Positions 60,980-64,000 of a stretch of DNA of 64,000 nt are shown here, piece after piece (position 1 is the stretch's first letter; every line of letters begins with the position of its first letter). Both the position numbers and the translations under genes were made by a program. The notes under the pieces are model-generated. The model ran no database searches. It saw only the letters and a program-made list of their open reading frames with translations, and was not told the origin of the DNA. This stretch comes from Alphaproteobacteria bacterium. Its GTDB lineage: Bacteria; Pseudomonadota; Alphaproteobacteria; SP197. The stretch covers positions 1,312,001 through 1,376,000 of the forward strand of contig OZ219747.1 of assembly GCA_964291265.2 (NCBI GenBank). The letters are read 5' to 3'.

Positions 60980-61259
60980 CACCGGCCTCCCTTGTTGCCA
61001 ACCGAATTGCCTCATTTATCCGTTTGTCATAGGTCGTATAGACTCCCGCGACAATCAATACAACACTACATGGCGTTATCCGTCACTGGATGGCGTTTCG
61101 CAATGCAGAAGGGGAAGTCGCGTTATGGACTGGATCATTCCAAGGGGATGAACAGCGCCTCAAGCCAAAATACGTTCTCGAATTCAACAATTTTAGGAGC
61201 CGATCATACAGGTCACTATAGTTCCACAAATGGCTGATGAAGAGGCACGGTGTTCTCAC
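60969..61259 (-). pseudogene. TIR domain (ThsB/DUF1863-like) pseudogene
   Basis: LFISHLWNYSDLYDRL...DPVHNA...*RITPCSVVLIVAGVYTTYDKRINEAI, with an in-frame TGA at 61083-61085; truncated. Confidence 0.72.
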
Positions 61260-61519
61260 GGTGTCATCTCTACATGGGAGGCCACAAATTGAAGTATCAA
61301 CTTGGGACTGTCAAGATTCAAGATTCTGGTTAGTGACAGCCGGAGCGCCGTCACTAAGCGGGTCTGGACGAAGGCCGCTTCGCGGCCATGGGTGCTTGTG
61401 ATCGGGCACTGTGCTGAGCGTTCGATGTGAGTGGTTGTGTTGAGAGATCGACGTTCCTGATGTTTCGATGATCTGATCGAGGCTCCACACTTCCTGGTCT
61501 CCCGGGTGTTCGGGAGGAC

Positions 61520-62200
61520 AAACAACCTCCAGGCGGCGCTGCCGGGCAAAGTCCGGGATCACCGCCAGCTCGGCTTCGGAGAACAGCACCCCGGGCTCGA
61601 GCCACGGCGTCTCGCGCCCGTGCGGGGCCAGGACCGACAGTCTCCAGGCAATGACGGCGCGCGGGCGATAAGCCCGTTCGACGCGTTCCCGCGTGCGATG
61701 GTCTTCCGTCTCCACGTCGAAGCCGGACTTGAGGATGCGGAAGAACTCCTCGATGCGCCAGCGCGTCCGGTATCAGCCCAGAGCGGTTGCCACGTGCATG
61801 TCCTCAGTCCCCCTTCAGCCGGACGCTCGGCGGTCAGCAGCAAGCTGGTGCAGCGCCTCGTCGTCGTCGCCGGTTCCGGCCTCGCAGGCCAAGACCGCGA
61901 ACAGAGACACAGGCACCGGCTTATGCTCCTGTTGCGGCAGTATCACCGCGATCACCGCCGTGCGGATCTCGAGACGGACAACACGCTCCTTGCAGGCGCG
62001 CAAGACGCCAGCGGCCGGGATCGTCAGCTCCGTCCCCGCCATGGGCCGCCGCGCGGACGCGTCCTTCCCAGCGCGTGGTGCATCGACATCATCGCCTTCC
62101 CGAGCCGGCGATCGTCGGCCCCGCCTACCGGTTCGTGCGAAACCGGGCCGGGGTCCTCCAGCAGGCAGGCCAGCCTGGTGTGGCCGGGAATGGTGTCTGT
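61520..62200 (-). pseudogene. IS4-family (Tn5-like) transposase remnant
   Basis: WRIEEFFRILKSG (YREK-like), LLLT and RETP..EPGVLFS..EL spread over several frames; boundaries approximate. Confidence 0.7.
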
Positions 62201-62204
62201 CGGG

Positions 62205-63029
62205 GTAACTGCCCAGGTCTGATTTTGCCGAGTCCTGACGGGAGGTGGATTGATGGCTGCGGTCTGATGGCGCCGAGGAGGGATGTCAGAAGCGCAGTTT
62301 CGGGATCAGCTGTATGGGATCGGGGTGGGCCAGTGTTTCGAGGACATTCCAGCCCTGTTTTCGGGCGATGGAGATGACGGATCGCAGCTTGGCGAAGTCC
62401 CATGCGCCCTGCATGGATCGGAAGCCGCCCGAGATTTTCTGGCGCAGCTTGCTCATGCGGAAGTCTTGCTCGGCCTGGTTGTTGGAGAACGGGACTTGCG
62501 GGTTGGTGAGGAAGCGCAGGCAGCCGTCCTTGTGCTTCTGAAGGCGAAGCGCGAGGTTGTGGCCGATGCGGCGTTTTCGTCGTCCGCGCTTTCCGGGCTG
62601 GAGCGGCGGCCTCTGTTCGTGGGAAGCGATGGCCTGCTCGAGGATCCTGTCCCAGGTTTGCGAGATGCGGGCGAGGAGTGAAGCGGGGATGTCGCGGTCG
62701 TTCTTGCGGGCGAAGCGGGCGGCTCTGTTGGCACGGATGAGGAGCCTGTGCATGGCGGTGGCCCAGTCTTCCTTCTCGGTCTCGATCAGAGCCTGGAGTT
62801 CGCGCAGGTGATGGGCGTTGCAGGCACCGTGGCGCACGCCCTCGAGAGTGAAGTAAGTGGCCAAGTCGTCATGGATGACGATGCCGTTGAGCGTCTCGTC
62901 GATGTGTTTGCGCCCGGTGGCGATGCGCAGGATGGTGAGCAAGGGGGTGCACAGCACATGGAGCCAGTGGGTCTGGCCGTTGATGCGGATGCCGGTCTCG
63001 TCGAGGTGTTTGACCGGTGCTTGGGTGCG
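62205..63029 (-). mobile_element. tnpC: IS66-family element, 3' part (tnpC C-terminus 63029-62286), interrupted by a group II intron
   Basis: KHLDETG, IHDD, CNAHHLREL and NNQAEQDFRMSKLRQKISGGFRS motifs; terminal GTAACTGCCCAG at 62205. Confidence 0.88.
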
Positions 63030-63421
63030 GTGTGCCAGGTGAACTGGCGGAAGGTAGGGGGTGAAAGTCCCCTGGAACGAAGGAGTAACCAAACCACGTT
63101 TCTCCGCGAGCCGTGCGTCGGTTCCCGCGAGGGGGCAGGCGAAGCGTCGGTAGCGGTGCGGATGGGCGGGGCTAATGAGCACCGAAAAAGCAGTCATCCG
63201 GGGTGCCGAGGCTTTCGTACCGGTCGAAGGCAACATCGCAGGCATCGATTTGGTGAGATGTCGACGAGCGGTGTCCGAGAACCCATGCACGTCCGTACGC
63301 CTTCTGTTGGGACCCTGGGAGGTCTTCGAACTATCCCGCCTGTCGTGGCGGGATCGTGTAGGGAAAGGAGAAAGCCGAAGCCTATGATGGATGGTTTGAA
63401 GAAGTCGGATGGGGCCGTAGG
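63030..63421 (+). ncRNA. Outer group II intron 5' part (DI-DII), inserted antisense in IS66 tnpC
   Basis: GTGTG start; GGGTGAAAGTCCC; EBS1 CGTACC (63216-63221) and EBS2 AGCACCG (63178-63184) pair with the 5' flank. Confidence 0.85.
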
Positions 63422-64000
63422 GTGTGCTGGGCAGCGCCCAGATCAGGTGGGTTCAAGTCCCACTGGCGCTCGGGTAAGGGGCGCCATATCCAAAAGCGGG
63501 GGTCATTCCTCGCTGGCCGGGGTGAGCGAATAAGCGACGCCCTAAACGGGCACGAAGTTGGAAACGACGGACACTGCCAAGGGAAGAGCTAAGTTGGTTG
63601 ACTGTCGAGAGACAACCGGAGGGCAGGGTGTCCACCGTGAGGTGGAATCTGAAGGGCTTGCGGAGAAGTACCGGGCCGTAATCGAGGGGGCGACCCCATG
63701 ATGAATCGGTCGGCCAAAGACGGGGCAAGGTCGAGCCGGCACTATGGCGGCGAAGGCGTTCTTACTCACCCGTCGCACCAAGGTGTTTGCGAACGGCACG
63801 GTACGGAAGATCTGGACGTGACTCCAGGAGGGCTCGTCGTGTTCCCGGGTGGCACCGGGATAACGGCCCCTATAAGCCGAGAGGCGAAGTGGGAAAGGAT
63901 GCACGGCGAGCAATCGGACAACCGAATAGTACCACAAGCCCGGTGAAAGCCGGGTGACCGCGCGAGCGGCGACCGGGTGGGTCGGGGAAGGCGGTTGGCA
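63422..64000 (+). ncRNA. Inner group II intron 5' RNA (runs off the window end)
   Basis: Near-identical to 27362-27940, which leads into an RT ORF. Confidence 0.85.

Overview
This is a GC-rich alphaproteobacterial chromosomal window. The assignment rests on a GAAC-N7-GAAC LexA box, the ethylmalonyl-CoA pathway and coq7. From 1 to 21 kb it holds catabolic and accessory genes (hydantoinase A/B, an enolase-family epimerase, an amino-acid ABC transporter, a DHDPS-like lyase, GST, TauD, an M24 peptidase, a BVMO, PhyH), decayed IS, relaxase and rnhB fragments, and a tRNA-Leu(CAA). From 21 to 29 kb there are an IS1380 copy, an IS1634-derived MITE, an RTX protein with a poly-G promoter spacer and a truncated group II twintron. 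From 29 to 48 kb are core genes (gluQ, imuA-imuB-dnaE2, ecm-ccr-mcd-pduO-etfBA-hbd). From 48 to 64 kb is a pile-up of nested mobile elements (IS66, ISKra4, two more IS1380, an IS4 remnant, MNT-HEPN and a TIR-RipA defence remnant). The most notable feature is a pair of near-identical ORF-less group II introns at 54526-56300, one nested in the other. Their EBS1 and EBS2 guide segments differ, and each set is complementary to that intron's own insertion site. The outer intron sits in an IS66-type terminal repeat. The inner intron sits in the DV-DVI junction of its sibling and carries a mismatch at its own copy of that site. A second, RT-encoding twintron family shows the same intron-targets-intron logic. 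All calls come from reading motifs by eye, and no searches were run.
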